The notes under the pieces were generated by a model that did no database searches, was not told where the DNA came from, and worked only from the letters and a program-made list of their open reading frames with translations. A stretch of DNA of 64,000 nucleotides from assembly GCA_947627285.1 (NCBI GenBank), contig CANQVL010000009.1:9-64008 (forward strand). The letters run 5' to 3'. The DNA comes from an uncultured Oscillospiraceae bacterium (GTDB lineage Bacteria; Bacillota; Clostridia; Oscillospirales; Oscillospiraceae). The position numbers and the translations under genes are program-made. Below, in pieces: positions 7,991 to 17,763 of the stretch. How positions within the stretch are numbered: position 1 is the stretch's first letter; each line of letters opens with the position of its first letter.

Positions 7991-9649
7991 TCACAGGAGC
8001 TTCAGGCGGATCTCCGCCTTGAAAAGGTCCCCGTCGATGCTTATGTCGAACCGCCCGCCCATGAGCTCCGTGAGGGAGCGGGCTATGGAGAGGCCGAGAC
8101 CCGAGCCCTCGGTGTGGCGGCTCTCATCGCCGCGCACGAACCGCTCCATCAGCTCGTCGGCGGACACGTTCAGCCTGTCGCGGGAGATGTTTTTTACGGA
8201 TATGACCGCCTCGCCGTCAAGCCTGCGGGCGTCGATGTAGACCCTGGTCCCCGGCTGGGCGTATTTAACCGTGTTGCTGAAAAGGTTGTCCAGCACCCGC
8301 CACAGGTGCCGCCCGTCGGCAAGGACCGTTATGGTCTTCTCCGGCAGGGTTATGACCGGCTCCAGGTGCCCCTGGGCGAACCTGTCGGCGTACTCCGCCA
8401 CGGCCTGGTTTATGAGCTCGTCGGTGTTGGTGGGGACAAGCTCCGTGGTCAGGTTGCCGGTGGACGCCTTGGACGCCTCCACCAGGTCCAGGGTGAGACG
8501 CCGGAGCTTGTCGGACTGGCGCTTGAGGACGTCAAGATACTGCGTCTCCTCCTCCGGCGTGTGCTCCTTCTGAAGAAGGTCCACGTAGTTTATTATGCTT
8601 GTGAGGGGCGTTTTGATGTCGTGGGAGACGTTGGTTATGAGCTCCGTTTTCAGCCGCTCGGACTTCATTTTCTGCTCCACCGCGGCGCTCATGCCCTCGC
8701 CGATGGAATTCAGGTCCTCTCCCATGAGGCGGAAGTCAAAGTACATCTTCTCCGTGTTCACCTTGTAGTCCAGCTCGCCGGCGGCCAGCTTTCCTCCGGC
8801 GACGCGCAGCTTTCTCAGCTGATTGGCGCCGAATACAAGGATCGTGAACACCGCCGCCCACACCAGGAGGTAAATTAAGAAGCCGGTGCTGCTCTCGTTG
8901 ATGGCGACATAGGTCAGCGCGATGAAATCAAGGAACCACGCGGCGGCAGTTGCCAGCGCCACGCGCCACTCAAAGCGTATAGCCCGGAAAAGCCGGACTG
9001 CCCACCGGAAGACCGCCCGGACCCACACGCATAAAAGATGGCACACCATGAAAATCAGGGTGTTCCGCCACCATTTCCCCGCCTTCACCCTGGCGGCGAA
9101 GGAGCAGCACACCAGCAGGAAGAGGAGAAGCGCCGCGGCGACGACAAGCGCCATCATCAAAATGAAAAAGAAGGTGTCCGCGCGGCCCAGGTTATAGGAC
9201 AGATCGCTCACAAAGACCATGAGCACCACCTCAAGGGCGGCGGCGACGGCGAGGATCAGGTCAAAGGGGAGCCTGTCGAAGTAATTAAGGCTCACGCCCT
9301 CACTACCGTTTTTCCTCCCCGAGGCGCACATCAGGAGGATAAAGAGGGCGACAGAGACCAGGGCGCAAACCGACGCTATGACGATGGCGCTGTATCTGTT
9401 TACGAATACGAACTCAAATAGCCCTCTCTCCGACCCGGACATGTGGCTGTACATATATTCGCCGAGCCACCCGTCCTCATAAAGCCGCTCCAGCGCGTCG
9501 ATATAACTCCAGCCCGTGGGGAATTGGTAAAAGCCTGTGTCGTAGGCGCCGCAGACCAAAATGACCGCGCCCGCGGCAAGCAGAGTCGAAACGATGAACA
9601 CAAGCCCACAGGCGAGCTTCGCGGGCAGTGAATACGCCGCCTTTTTCAC
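7991..9649 (-). CDS. Sensor histidine kinase with polytopic membrane N-terminus
   Basis: H-box SHDIKTPLTSI, N-box DNLFSNTVKYA, G-box GSGLGLSIA. Confidence 0.9.
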   Translation of the reverse strand: MKKAAYSLPAKLACGLVFIVSTLLAAGAVILVCGAYDTGFYQFPTGWSYIDALERLYEDGWLGEYMYSHMSGSERGLFEFVFVNRYSAIVIASVCALVSVALFILLMCASGRKNGSEGVSLNYFDRLPFDLILAVAAALEVVLMVFVSDLSYNLGRADTFFFILMMALVVAAALLLFLLVCCSFAARVKAGKWWRNTLIFMVCHLLCVWVRAVFRWAVRLFRAIRFEWRVALATAAAWFLDFIALTYVAINESSTGFLIYLLVWAAVFTILVFGANQLRKLRVAGGKLAAGELDYKVNTEKMYFDFRLMGEDLNSIGEGMSAAVEQKMKSERLKTELITNVSHDIKTPLTSIINYVDLLQKEHTPEEETQYLDVLKRQSDKLRRLTLDLVEASKASTGNLTTELVPTNTDELINQAVAEYADRFAQGHLEPVITLPEKTITVLADGRHLWRVLDNLFSNTVKYAQPGTRVYIDARRLDGEAVISVKNISRDRLNVSADELMERFVRGDESRHTEGSGLGLSIARSLTELMGGRFDISIDGDLFKAEIRLKLL

Positions 9650-10368
9650 TTTACGTCCCCCTCGATCTTGTAGCCCTGCCCCCAGACGACCTTGATGTAC
9701 CGGGGCTCCGAGGGCGTGATCTCGATCTTCTCCCGTATGTGCCTTATGTGTACGGCGACGGAGCTCTCAGCGGAAAGCGCCATGCCGCCGGATACGGCGG
9801 CGTATATGGCGCCGGAGGAGAACACCTTGCCGGGGTTCTGCATCAGAAGCCGCAGTATGGCAAACTCCGTGGGCGTCAGGGAGACGGGCTCCCCGTCCAC
9901 GGTGACGGTCTTGCCGGAGTCGTCCAGGTCGATGCCGCCGATGATGTAGTGGTCCGGCTTGCGCTCAAGTCCGCCCAGCATGGTGTACCGCCTGAGGGCG
10001 CTTTTCACCCGGGCGATGACCTCCACCGGGTTGAAGGGCTTGGTGATGTAGTCGTCCGCCCCCACGTTGAGCCCCAGGACCTTGTCCGTGTCCTCGCCCT
10101 TGGCGGTGAGGAGGATTATGGGTATGTTGTACTCCTCCCTGAGCTTCGAGGTGGCGGATATTCCGTCCATCTCCGGCATCATTATGTCCATGAGAATGAG
10201 GTGTATCTCGCGGCTTTTCACCACCTCGATGGCCTCCCTGCCGGTGTGCGCCTCAAAGAGCGCGAACTCCTGACCGGAGAGATATATTTTCAGCGCCGCC
10301 ACTATATCGCGGTCGTCGTCGCAGATAAGAATGTTGTACAAGCCGGATCCCGTCCTTTCTGACGCCAT
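9646..10368 (-). CDS. OmpR-family response regulator
   Basis: Receiver domain (ILICDDD, ILMDIMMPEMDG, LTAKG) plus a winged-helix C-terminus (RYIKVVWGQGYK). 4-nt overlap with the kinase gene. Confidence 0.9.
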   Translation of the reverse strand: MASERTGSGLYNILICDDDRDIVAALKIYLSGQEFALFEAHTGREAIEVVKSREIHLILMDIMMPEMDGISATSKLREEYNIPIILLTAKGEDTDKVLGLNVGADDYITKPFNPVEVIARVKSALRRYTMLGGLERKPDHYIIGGIDLDDSGKTVTVDGEPVSLTPTEFAILRLLMQNPGKVFSSGAIYAAVSGGMALSAESSVAVHIRHIREKIEITPSEPRYIKVVWGQGYKIEGDVK

Positions 10369-10512
10369 TATACACGCAAACGCATTAATATAAAAGAGGA
10401 GAAATTTTTAAGAAAGGATAAACATTTCACATATCGGCATAGATTTCGCGCAATCGTATAAGTCGAAAGGGAAAATTCTACATAAAAATTGAAAATTTTT
10501 TTGTGCAACCTA

Positions 10513-10541
10513 TTGAAAAAAGAAAAATAAGGGAATATAAT
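10513..10541 (+). promoter_or_regulatory. Sigma-70-type promoter for the adhesin gene
   Basis: TTGAAA - 17 nt - TATAAT, exact consensus spacing. Confidence 0.55.
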
Positions 10542-10559
10542 AATTTAAAGAATTGCCGT

Positions 10560-10600
10560 GAGAGGGGATATCCCCTCTCATTCCTCCCACAGGGAGGAAT
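10560..10600 (+). promoter_or_regulatory. Two back-to-back perfect 9-bp hairpins in the adhesin 5' leader
   Basis: GAGAGGGGA-TA-TCCCCTCTC (10560-10579) followed directly by ATTCCTCCC-ACA-GGGAGGAAT (10580-10600). Confidence 0.4.
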
Positions 10601-10639
10601 GACAAGGTCTTAAAAATTTTTGAAAGCGAGGGTTTTACT

Positions 10640-13600
10640 GTGAAGAAACTGTTGGCAATGGTGTTGGCGTTTGTGATGGTACTGTCCCTTGTACCGATGA
10701 TTGATTTGACCGCGAAAGCGGCAGCAGACAAAGATCTGCATAAGGGAAGTGACGTAGGGGATGATATCACCATAGACATAACCGAGATTTCCCACGGACC
10801 GTATTATTCGGGGAAAACGGTGGAATACTCCGTTGTTTTCACGAATACCGGAGATGCCATAAAAGGAAGCGGCTCCCAAACACTGAAGATACATATATAT
10901 AACACTAACAGCAACCTTAATAACGTTTTTGATGACGTAACTCTGCCCGATAATAACCTTCAATACAGATTTGCCGGACATACGGAGAGCGAAGGCTTCG
11001 GAAACATTAAAAACGACAAATACAATCAGTTGGAGTTTGAGCTTAATGGTGATGTCCTTTTCCCGGCAAACGGTTCCATCACTTTGACATTACAGTATAA
11101 GGTCAGGGACAATGACAAGGATCTGCATAAGAACCTTGAAAACTTTATTATTATTTATTTGGGAGATACAGAAAAAGAAAATGCTGTCGGCAAATTTGTG
11201 ACGAGCAGCTTTGACCAGGTCGTCAGCGAGAAGGAGAAAGGCGAGCTTACAGTCACAAATACCGTAACTAAAGACGATGCACCCGATAACGATACGGAGT
11301 TTTCCTATACTTTGACGCTTGAGGATAAAAGCTTTAACGAAAAGGTCGATGATTTGCAGTTTACAAACGGTCAGGCAACGTTTAGATTAAAAAACGAAGG
11401 AAAACGCACGATCTCTCTCCCGGTAGGGACTGATTTTACCCTGACGGAGACTCCAAACGGAGAATTTGTGATTGAAAACACAACGACTGGCGGTACTCAT
11501 ATAGATGACAGAACAGTAACCGGAAAAATATCAAGCTCCCCGATAACGGTAGGATTTACCAATACGCTGACGAGCGCCCCAGTCGAACCGGGCGAGCCGG
11601 CGCATACGTATAAATATAAGGTCGTCTATCACGCAAACCTTCCGACGGGGGTTGAGTCGCAATATCCGGATATAAAGGATTATGAAGATAAAAATGATTC
11701 CGGATTTTTTGTGGTAAAGGAAATATGCGAAGGCGGAGAGACAAAGAACACTACCGATGATGACATTCCGCTGTTTACCGACAGCAATAGCAAACCGATT
11801 AAGTGGAGCGTAGAAGATGGAAGCGGTACGACATGGTATTTTGAGGGTTGGCATACAAGTGAATCCGTTGCCGAAGGTGATAGTATTGAATACTCTGTCT
11901 CAGATTTCTCGGGGAACAAGCGCGGCTTCGTTAAAGACGATACTTCACGAGAACTGACACTGGATACCAAAACTGTTTCACAGGACCTATACGCCATTTG
12001 GTCTAAAACGCCCGGCAGGATCGGGTATACAATGCAGGTGGAGGGCGGCAGATTCAAGGACAGCGGCAAAACGTCAGACGGTCAGCTGCTTGGAGATAAC
12101 GGAACAACAGGCTCCAACGCGAAAAAGTTTATTGTAAATGACGGAGGACATTCAAACGGAGCTACGGTTACCGCGACGCAGGAGATACCCACAAGCAGCG
12201 ATTGGAGCTTTGTAATTTGGATGAACAAAAAGGCAAATACGGATGGAGACAGCAACACAAAATACCTTGTAGGTCCCGGAAAAGAGTTCTCGTTTGGTAC
12301 GACAAGCACAAATTACAGCCTTGACGCCATATGGTCAAAAATAACTGGGACGAATGACGAAGAATACATCTATGACGGGAAATCGCACAACATTGATATT
12401 TCTAAAGTTTCAGTTGAATTCAACAATCCGTCAACGTCAAGCTCATATGATGATAACGCGAAAGCTGCCTATGACAACCTTTTTGCCAAGGATAATATTA
12501 TTACATATGACGTTTCGGTTTATGACGTTCAGAAGGATGAGGAAAGCGACACAATAATAGGGTACGAACCGGGGGACGCTGTGCCGGCAGAATTACAGTA
12601 CACGGAGCCCGGAACGTACATATATAAGATAGGGGCAAGGCTTAATTCATCATACGGGTCCGACTCTATTAATCAGACCCTCGGCTACGTTTATGCCACC
12701 CTCACGATTTTGGACACCAGCCTCACCGTCACCAAAAACGTTCCCAACGTCATCGACGACACGACGGGATTCGATTTCAAAATTGCCTTTGATGGCTGGG
12801 AACCGGCTGATCTGAAATTTAAGGACGGGACACCAGTGACCAAGGACTCCTCCTCCGGCGCTTTCAGCTTTACGCTCCAGGACGGCAAAAGCGTGACGAT
12901 TATAAGTATCCCAGTGGGCGTTTCGTACACGGTGACGGAGACAGATAAGACGAACTATATTGAGCTGACCGCTGAGCAAAAGGGCACAATTACCGGCGCT
13001 GACAAGGACCAACAGGTCACCTTTACCAATTATAAGACCGCCAGCTTGACTGTAAAAAAAGAGGTTAAAACTGACGGGGGGACGCTTCCGTCGAGCGAAA
13101 ATGAAAAAGTATTCAATTTCACGCTATCGCTTTCACTGCCAGCGGGAATGCCGGATCAGACTATTGAGGGGCAAACTGTAAAAAGCGGCGAGACGACCGA
13201 TATAAGCTTTGCGCTGAAGGCTGGCGAAACAAAAGAGTTTACCGGTATACCGTTCGGCTCCACATACAGCGTCAAAGAGAAGCTTGAAGGCACGGACGAG
13301 CACTTCTACACGCAGGCTTTTACCAGCGACCATGGTACTATCGGCGAAACAATCGACAGTGAAAGTGAGACAATAACCTGCACAAACACATACCATGAAA
13401 ACGCTTCGGATACAGGGCGCCTCAGGATAACCAAATATGCCGCCGGTATGGCCTCGCTGACCGAATTCAAGGTTAAGGTGACGTATGAGTATAATGGGGA
13501 CCCTGCACATATAGAGTTGTATAATTCATTCAAGACGGCAGAAGGGATCACCTCCGGTGATTCTCAGACCTACACGATCCCGAGAAACGGCAGCATTTTG

Positions 13601-15301
13601 ATCAAAAATATCCCATACGGCACCAAGTATACGATCGAGGAGGTCTTTGATGCAGGTTCCACTAAGCCGAGGAACATGCTGATCACCGTACCTGATGGCG
13701 AGGCGGGGGAGTATGAGATTTCCGGAACAGGCACTAGCGCCAAGGTAAGCGGCGCTATTCTGGAGAAGGACGAGGGCGCTGAAGGCTATGACTTTGACAG
13801 CGTGACGCTGACAAACCGGTACCTCGGCGACCTGACCATTAAAAAAGAGGTTGACGGGGATTATAAGCCTGAGACCTGGGAAGTTGAGCTCACACTTAAA
13901 TTCAGCGGCTTTGATAAAAGCGAGCTTGGCCTCCTTGAAAACGCCATGCGCATTACCGACGCCAATGGAGAACGCACCGCGGCGGAGCTTATGGAGGACT
14001 TTAGAGTTGACGACGCCGTAACCGTCACCCTCACCAATGAGAAACCGGAGGCTGTCGTATATGACGTACCCATTGAACGCACCAGCTACGTCATCTCCGA
14101 GGACTCCGAATTCGCGGGCGATACGGTTAAAATCCAGGTGGGCACCGGAGCGGAGAAGGAGGCGTCCCAGACAGACCCCACGGTTTTCACAAACGAAACG
14201 GCAAACGTGGTATTTAAAAATAGTTATACCGAGGAGCCGCCCGCGCCTCCCACCATCTATCCACCAATCGAAAATCCCGCCTCTACGCTGACCGTTACCA
14301 AGAGGGTCGACGGGGAGGGCGCCGATACAGAGCAGGAGTTTGATTTCACCGTGAAAAACAGCTCCGGCGTTGAGATTGCGTCGTTTAAGCTCAAAAACGG
14401 CGGGACACGCTCCGTATCCGTCACGCCGGGCGCTGAATACACGGTCACAGAGGAATATGTATCCGGCTACACGCCTAAGTGGAACGGCGAGGTAAACGGA
14501 AGCGTATACACCTTTACCGCAAAAAGCGGTGTGAACCGCGCGGAGTGTGTTAACACATATAAAAGGCCGTACACCGTCCCCGACGTTCTGGACGCGGACA
14601 GCCATTACGCTTACGCGGTGGGCGATACCTTCGGGCTCATTCTTCCAAACAGCACCGTCACGCGCAAGGAGGTCGTCGCTATCCTGTTCCGCCTGCTCAA
14701 GGAGGACGTGAGGATGGAAAACTGGAGCCAGGAGTCGCCCTTTGCCGACGTGCCCAATGACGCGTGGTATTCCAGCGCCGTGGGAACGCTCTACAACCTG
14801 GGGTATCTCCACGGCACAGGCGGCGGCAAATTTGAGCCCGACCTGCCCATGACGCGCGCCGAGATAACGGCTCTTGTGGCGAGCTTCTTTACCGGCTCGC
14901 AGACCGACGGGGATCTGCCCTTTGACGACGTGGACGGGGACGCCTGGTACGCCGACGACATAAGGACGGCCTTTGAGGTCGGACTTGTGGAGGGCGACGG
15001 CGACAGGACCTTTGAGCCCGAGGACACGCTCACCCGCGCCGAGGTGATGACCGCCTTCAACAAGCTGCTTGACCGCCATCCCAACCAGGACACCCTGCTG
15101 GAGGGCATGATCGAGTGGCCCGACAACCTGGATACCTCCGCGTGGTACTACGCCCAGATCCAGGAGGCGACCAATTCCCACACCTGCGGCGACAGGTGGA
15201 CAGGGGAGGACGGAGAAATTTACGAGCGCTGGGAGTCTCTGACCAAAAACCGCGACTGGCTCGGCATATCCTGGGAAAACGTCCCGAATTACGAGGAATA
15301 A
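10640..15301 (+). CDS. Large secreted cell-surface protein: signal peptide, at least 6 Cna-B/SpaA-like repeat domains, three C-terminal SLH domains
   Basis: GTG start with signal peptide KKLLAMVLAFVMVLSLVPMIDLTAKA. Recurrent LTVTK.V...F.F...G.S..I..IP.G..YTVTE modules. SLH repeats: FADVPNDAWYSSAV, FDDVDGDAWYADDI. Confidence 0.85.
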   Translation: MKKLLAMVLAFVMVLSLVPMIDLTAKAAADKDLHKGSDVGDDITIDITEISHGPYYSGKTVEYSVVFTNTGDAIKGSGSQTLKIHIYNTNSNLNNVFDDVTLPDNNLQYRFAGHTESEGFGNIKNDKYNQLEFELNGDVLFPANGSITLTLQYKVRDNDKDLHKNLENFIIIYLGDTEKENAVGKFVTSSFDQVVSEKEKGELTVTNTVTKDDAPDNDTEFSYTLTLEDKSFNEKVDDLQFTNGQATFRLKNEGKRTISLPVGTDFTLTETPNGEFVIENTTTGGTHIDDRTVTGKISSSPITVGFTNTLTSAPVEPGEPAHTYKYKVVYHANLPTGVESQYPDIKDYEDKNDSGFFVVKEICEGGETKNTTDDDIPLFTDSNSKPIKWSVEDGSGTTWYFEGWHTSESVAEGDSIEYSVSDFSGNKRGFVKDDTSRELTLDTKTVSQDLYAIWSKTPGRIGYTMQVEGGRFKDSGKTSDGQLLGDNGTTGSNAKKFIVNDGGHSNGATVTATQEIPTSSDWSFVIWMNKKANTDGDSNTKYLVGPGKEFSFGTTSTNYSLDAIWSKITGTNDEEYIYDGKSHNIDISKVSVEFNNPSTSSSYDDNAKAAYDNLFAKDNIITYDVSVYDVQKDEESDTIIGYEPGDAVPAELQYTEPGTYIYKIGARLNSSYGSDSINQTLGYVYATLTILDTSLTVTKNVPNVIDDTTGFDFKIAFDGWEPADLKFKDGTPVTKDSSSGAFSFTLQDGKSVTIISIPVGVSYTVTETDKTNYIELTAEQKGTITGADKDQQVTFTNYKTASLTVKKEVKTDGGTLPSSENEKVFNFTLSLSLPAGMPDQTIEGQTVKSGETTDISFALKAGETKEFTGIPFGSTYSVKEKLEGTDEHFYTQAFTSDHGTIGETIDSESETITCTNTYHENASDTGRLRITKYAAGMASLTEFKVKVTYEYNGDPAHIELYNSFKTAEGITSGDSQTYTIPRNGSILIKNIPYGTKYTIEEVFDAGSTKPRNMLITVPDGEAGEYEISGTGTSAKVSGAILEKDEGAEGYDFDSVTLTNRYLGDLTIKKEVDGDYKPETWEVELTLKFSGFDKSELGLLENAMRITDANGERTAAELMEDFRVDDAVTVTLTNEKPEAVVYDVPIERTSYVISEDSEFAGDTVKIQVGTGAEKEASQTDPTVFTNETANVVFKNSYTEEPPAPPTIYPPIENPASTLTVTKRVDGEGADTEQEFDFTVKNSSGVEIASFKLKNGGTRSVSVTPGAEYTVTEEYVSGYTPKWNGEVNGSVYTFTAKSGVNRAECVNTYKRPYTVPDVLDADSHYAYAVGDTFGLILPNSTVTRKEVVAILFRLLKEDVRMENWSQESPFADVPNDAWYSSAVGTLYNLGYLHGTGGGKFEPDLPMTRAEITALVASFFTGSQTDGDLPFDDVDGDAWYADDIRTAFEVGLVEGDGDRTFEPEDTLTRAEVMTAFNKLLDRHPNQDTLLEGMIEWPDNLDTSAWYYAQIQEATNSHTCGDRWTGEDGEIYERWESLTKNRDWLGISWENVPNYEE

Positions 15302-15308
15302 AGCACTT

Positions 15309-15341
15309 TTGTCAAAAAAGGGCGCAGCCCTTTTTTGACAA
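15309..15341. terminator. Bidirectional terminator hairpin, HP4-like module of the repeat family (copy H)
   Basis: TTGTCAAAAAAGGGC-GCA-GCCCTTTTTTGACAA, about 90 percent identical to HP4 at 61436-61469. Confidence 0.7.
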
Positions 15342-15345
15342 TCTT

Positions 15346-15383
15346 AAGCGGAGGACCATTTGATTGGTCCTCCGCTTTTTAAA
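15346..15383 (+). terminator. Rho-independent terminator
   Basis: AAGCGGAGGACCA-TTTGAT-TGGTCCTCCGCTT followed by TTT. Confidence 0.7.
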
Positions 15384-15650
15384 GACGCGCAGGAGACGCA
15401 CCTTGTCGCCAGAACAAGGGTTTTGACTCCCTTTTGGCTTTTGACCTTTCGTCCCGCGCTTTGTTTTTCTTTCGGCGCTGACACCGGTCTGATTGAAAGC
15501 CTCATCGCGTCTGAGCTTATTATGCGCCCTGATTTCACAAGTAAACATGGAAATAACGGAAAATAGCGCGCAAAACCTTGCCAGACTGCGAAAAAAATGG
15601 TATACTAAATTGATTAATACGCAAAAACCACACAACATATAGGTGATCGA

Positions 15651-17636
15651 ATGAGAAAAGGCGCGAAGGCCGAGTACGGCAACGAAAGTATAAGCCAGCT
15701 GAAGGGCGCGGACCGGGTGCGCAAGCGCCCCGGCGTCATATTTGGCTCCGACGGGCTTGAGGGGTGCGAGCACTCCGTATTTGAGATACTCTCCAACTCC
15801 ATCGACGAGGCGCGGGAGGGCCATGGGAAGGTCATAAACCTCACAAGCTACGCCGACGGCTCCGTGGAGGTGGAGGACTTCGGGCGCGGCTGCCCCGTGG
15901 ACTGGAACCCGGTGGAGCGGCGCTATAACTGGGAGCTTGTCTTCTGCGAGCTCTACGCCGGAGGAAAATACAAAAACGACAACGGCGGGGACTATGAGTA
16001 TTCCCTGGGGCTCAACGGCCTCGGCACCTGCGCCACGCAGTATTCCTCCGAGTACATGGACGTGACCGTATGGCGCGACGGGAAGAAGTATTCCCTCCAC
16101 TTTGAAAAGGGCGAAAACGTAGGCGGGCTCAAATCGGAGCCCTACAGCGGGCGCAGGACCGGCTCCTGCATGAAATGGCGCCCCGACCGTGAGGTCTTCA
16201 CCGACACACGCATCCCCAGGGAATATTTTGAGGACGTGCTGAAAAAGCAGTCCGTGGTGAACCCGGGCGTAAAGTTCGTGTTCAGGTTTCAGAACGGCGG
16301 CAAATTCGAGGAGCGGGAGTACCTGTACGAAAACGGCATTTTGGACTACGTGGCGGAGCTCGCCGGAGAAAACCCGCTGACAGCCCCCTATTTCATCGAG
16401 GGTGAGCGAAAGGGCAGGGACCGGGAGGATAAGCCGGAGTACAAGGTGAAGCTCTCCGCCGCCTTCTGCTTTTCAAATACCGTAAACGTCATAGAGTATT
16501 ACCACAACTCCAGCTGGCTGGAGCACGGCGGCGCCCCCGACAAGGCGGCGAAGAGCGCCTTCGTCTCCGCAGTCGACGCCTACCTGCGCCAGGGGAACAA
16601 GTACCAGAAAAACGAGTCGAAAATAAGCTTCCAGGACGTGGCGGACTGCCTAATACTGGTGACGAATTGCTTCTCAACGCAGACAAGCTACGAGAACCAG
16701 ACGAAAAAGGCCATAACAAACAGGTTCATTCAGACCGCCATGACGGAGTTCCTCCGCTCCCAGCTGGAGGTCTACTTCATCGAGCACAAGGCGGAGGCTG
16801 ACAGGATCTGCGACCAGATACTTGTGAACAAGAGGAGCCGCGAGCAGGCGGAAAAGGCGCGGGTCACCATAAAAAAGAAGCTCTCCGGCAGCATCGACAT
16901 AGCCAACCGCGTCCAAAAATTCGTCCCCTGCCGCTCGCGGGACGTGACCCGCACCGAGCTCTACATCGTGGAGGGCGACTCCGCTCTGGGCTCCGTCAAG
17001 CTCTCCAGGGACGCTGAATTTCAGGGGATAATGCCTGTCCGGGGCAAGATACTCAACTGCCTGAAGGCAGACTACGCCCGCATATTCAAAAGCGACATCA
17101 TAACGGACCTTGTGAAGGTCCTGGGCTGCGGCGTGTCCGTGCCCGTGAAGATAAAAAGCGACCTCACCGCCTTCGACATGGACTCCCTGCGCTGGAGCAA
17201 GGTCATAATCTGCACCGACGCCGACTTTGACGGCTACCAGATAAGGACGCTTATCCTCACTATGATCTACCGCCTCATGCCCGCCCTCATCGAGGAGGGG
17301 AAGGTGTTCATCGCCGAGACGCCCCTTTACGAGATAAACTCCGGCGAAAAGACCTGGTTTGCATATACCGACAAGGAGAAGGCGGACATCACGGCGAAGC
17401 TCGAGGGAAAAAAATACACCGTCGCCCGCTCGAAGGGACTTGGCGAGAACGACCCGGACATGATGTGGATGACCACCATGAACCCCCAGACCCGACGGCT
17501 CATCAAGGTCCTCCCCACCGACGCCGAGGAGACCGCCCGCGTCTTCGATATGCTCCTCGGCGACAACATCCAGGCCCGCAAGGACCACATAGCCAGCGAC
17601 GGATATAAATACCTGGAGCTGGCGGATATATCGTAA
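15651..17636 (+). CDS. parE: Type IIA DNA topoisomerase subunit B (ParE/GyrB-like)
   Basis: GHKL ATPase region HSVFEILSNSIDEA, TOPRIM EGDSALGS, PVRGKILN. The assignment to topo IV rather than gyrase is an inference. Confidence 0.85.
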   Translation: MRKGAKAEYGNESISQLKGADRVRKRPGVIFGSDGLEGCEHSVFEILSNSIDEAREGHGKVINLTSYADGSVEVEDFGRGCPVDWNPVERRYNWELVFCELYAGGKYKNDNGGDYEYSLGLNGLGTCATQYSSEYMDVTVWRDGKKYSLHFEKGENVGGLKSEPYSGRRTGSCMKWRPDREVFTDTRIPREYFEDVLKKQSVVNPGVKFVFRFQNGGKFEEREYLYENGILDYVAELAGENPLTAPYFIEGERKGRDREDKPEYKVKLSAAFCFSNTVNVIEYYHNSSWLEHGGAPDKAAKSAFVSAVDAYLRQGNKYQKNESKISFQDVADCLILVTNCFSTQTSYENQTKKAITNRFIQTAMTEFLRSQLEVYFIEHKAEADRICDQILVNKRSREQAEKARVTIKKKLSGSIDIANRVQKFVPCRSRDVTRTELYIVEGDSALGSVKLSRDAEFQGIMPVRGKILNCLKADYARIFKSDIITDLVKVLGCGVSVPVKIKSDLTAFDMDSLRWSKVIICTDADFDGYQIRTLILTMIYRLMPALIEEGKVFIAETPLYEINSGEKTWFAYTDKEKADITAKLEGKKYTVARSKGLGENDPDMMWMTTMNPQTRRLIKVLPTDAEETARVFDMLLGDNIQARKDHIASDGYKYLELADIS

Positions 17637-17640
17637 AACT

Positions 17641-17714
17641 GGCGAAAAATGCCTTACGGCATTTTTCTGCCAATAGGTGATTTTTCCGATGTACATGCCG
17701 CCGGAAAAATATTT
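17641..17714 (-). repeat. Hairpin-repeat family, copy B (HP1 plus an HP4-like hairpin, opposite orientation)
   Basis: The reverse complement reads AAATATTTTTCCGGCGGCATGTACATCGGAAAAATCACC-TATTG-GCAGAAAAATGCCGTAAGGCATTTTTCGCC. Confidence 0.75.
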
Positions 17715-17763
17715 GATTGAGATTTTTGGCGGCGGTTATACCTTTCGAAAGGAGCCATGGCCT

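Noticed and set aside
10599-10613. Mini-ORF ATGACAAGGTCTTAA after GGGAGG in the adhesin leader.
   Set aside because: The SD-like sequence is only 1 nt from the ATG and is sequestered in the second hairpin, so it is unlikely to be translated.
13526-15181. 551-aa ORF on the minus strand, antisense to the adhesin gene. Similar long antisense ORFs occur at 4580-5458, 7117-8022, 7856-8878, 9628-10362, 15312-16100 and 16674-17696.
   Set aside because: These are shadow ORFs typical of GC-rich DNA. They have Arg/Gly/Pro/His-rich low-complexity translations, no RBS or motifs, and each fully overlaps a gene with clear family signatures on the other strand.
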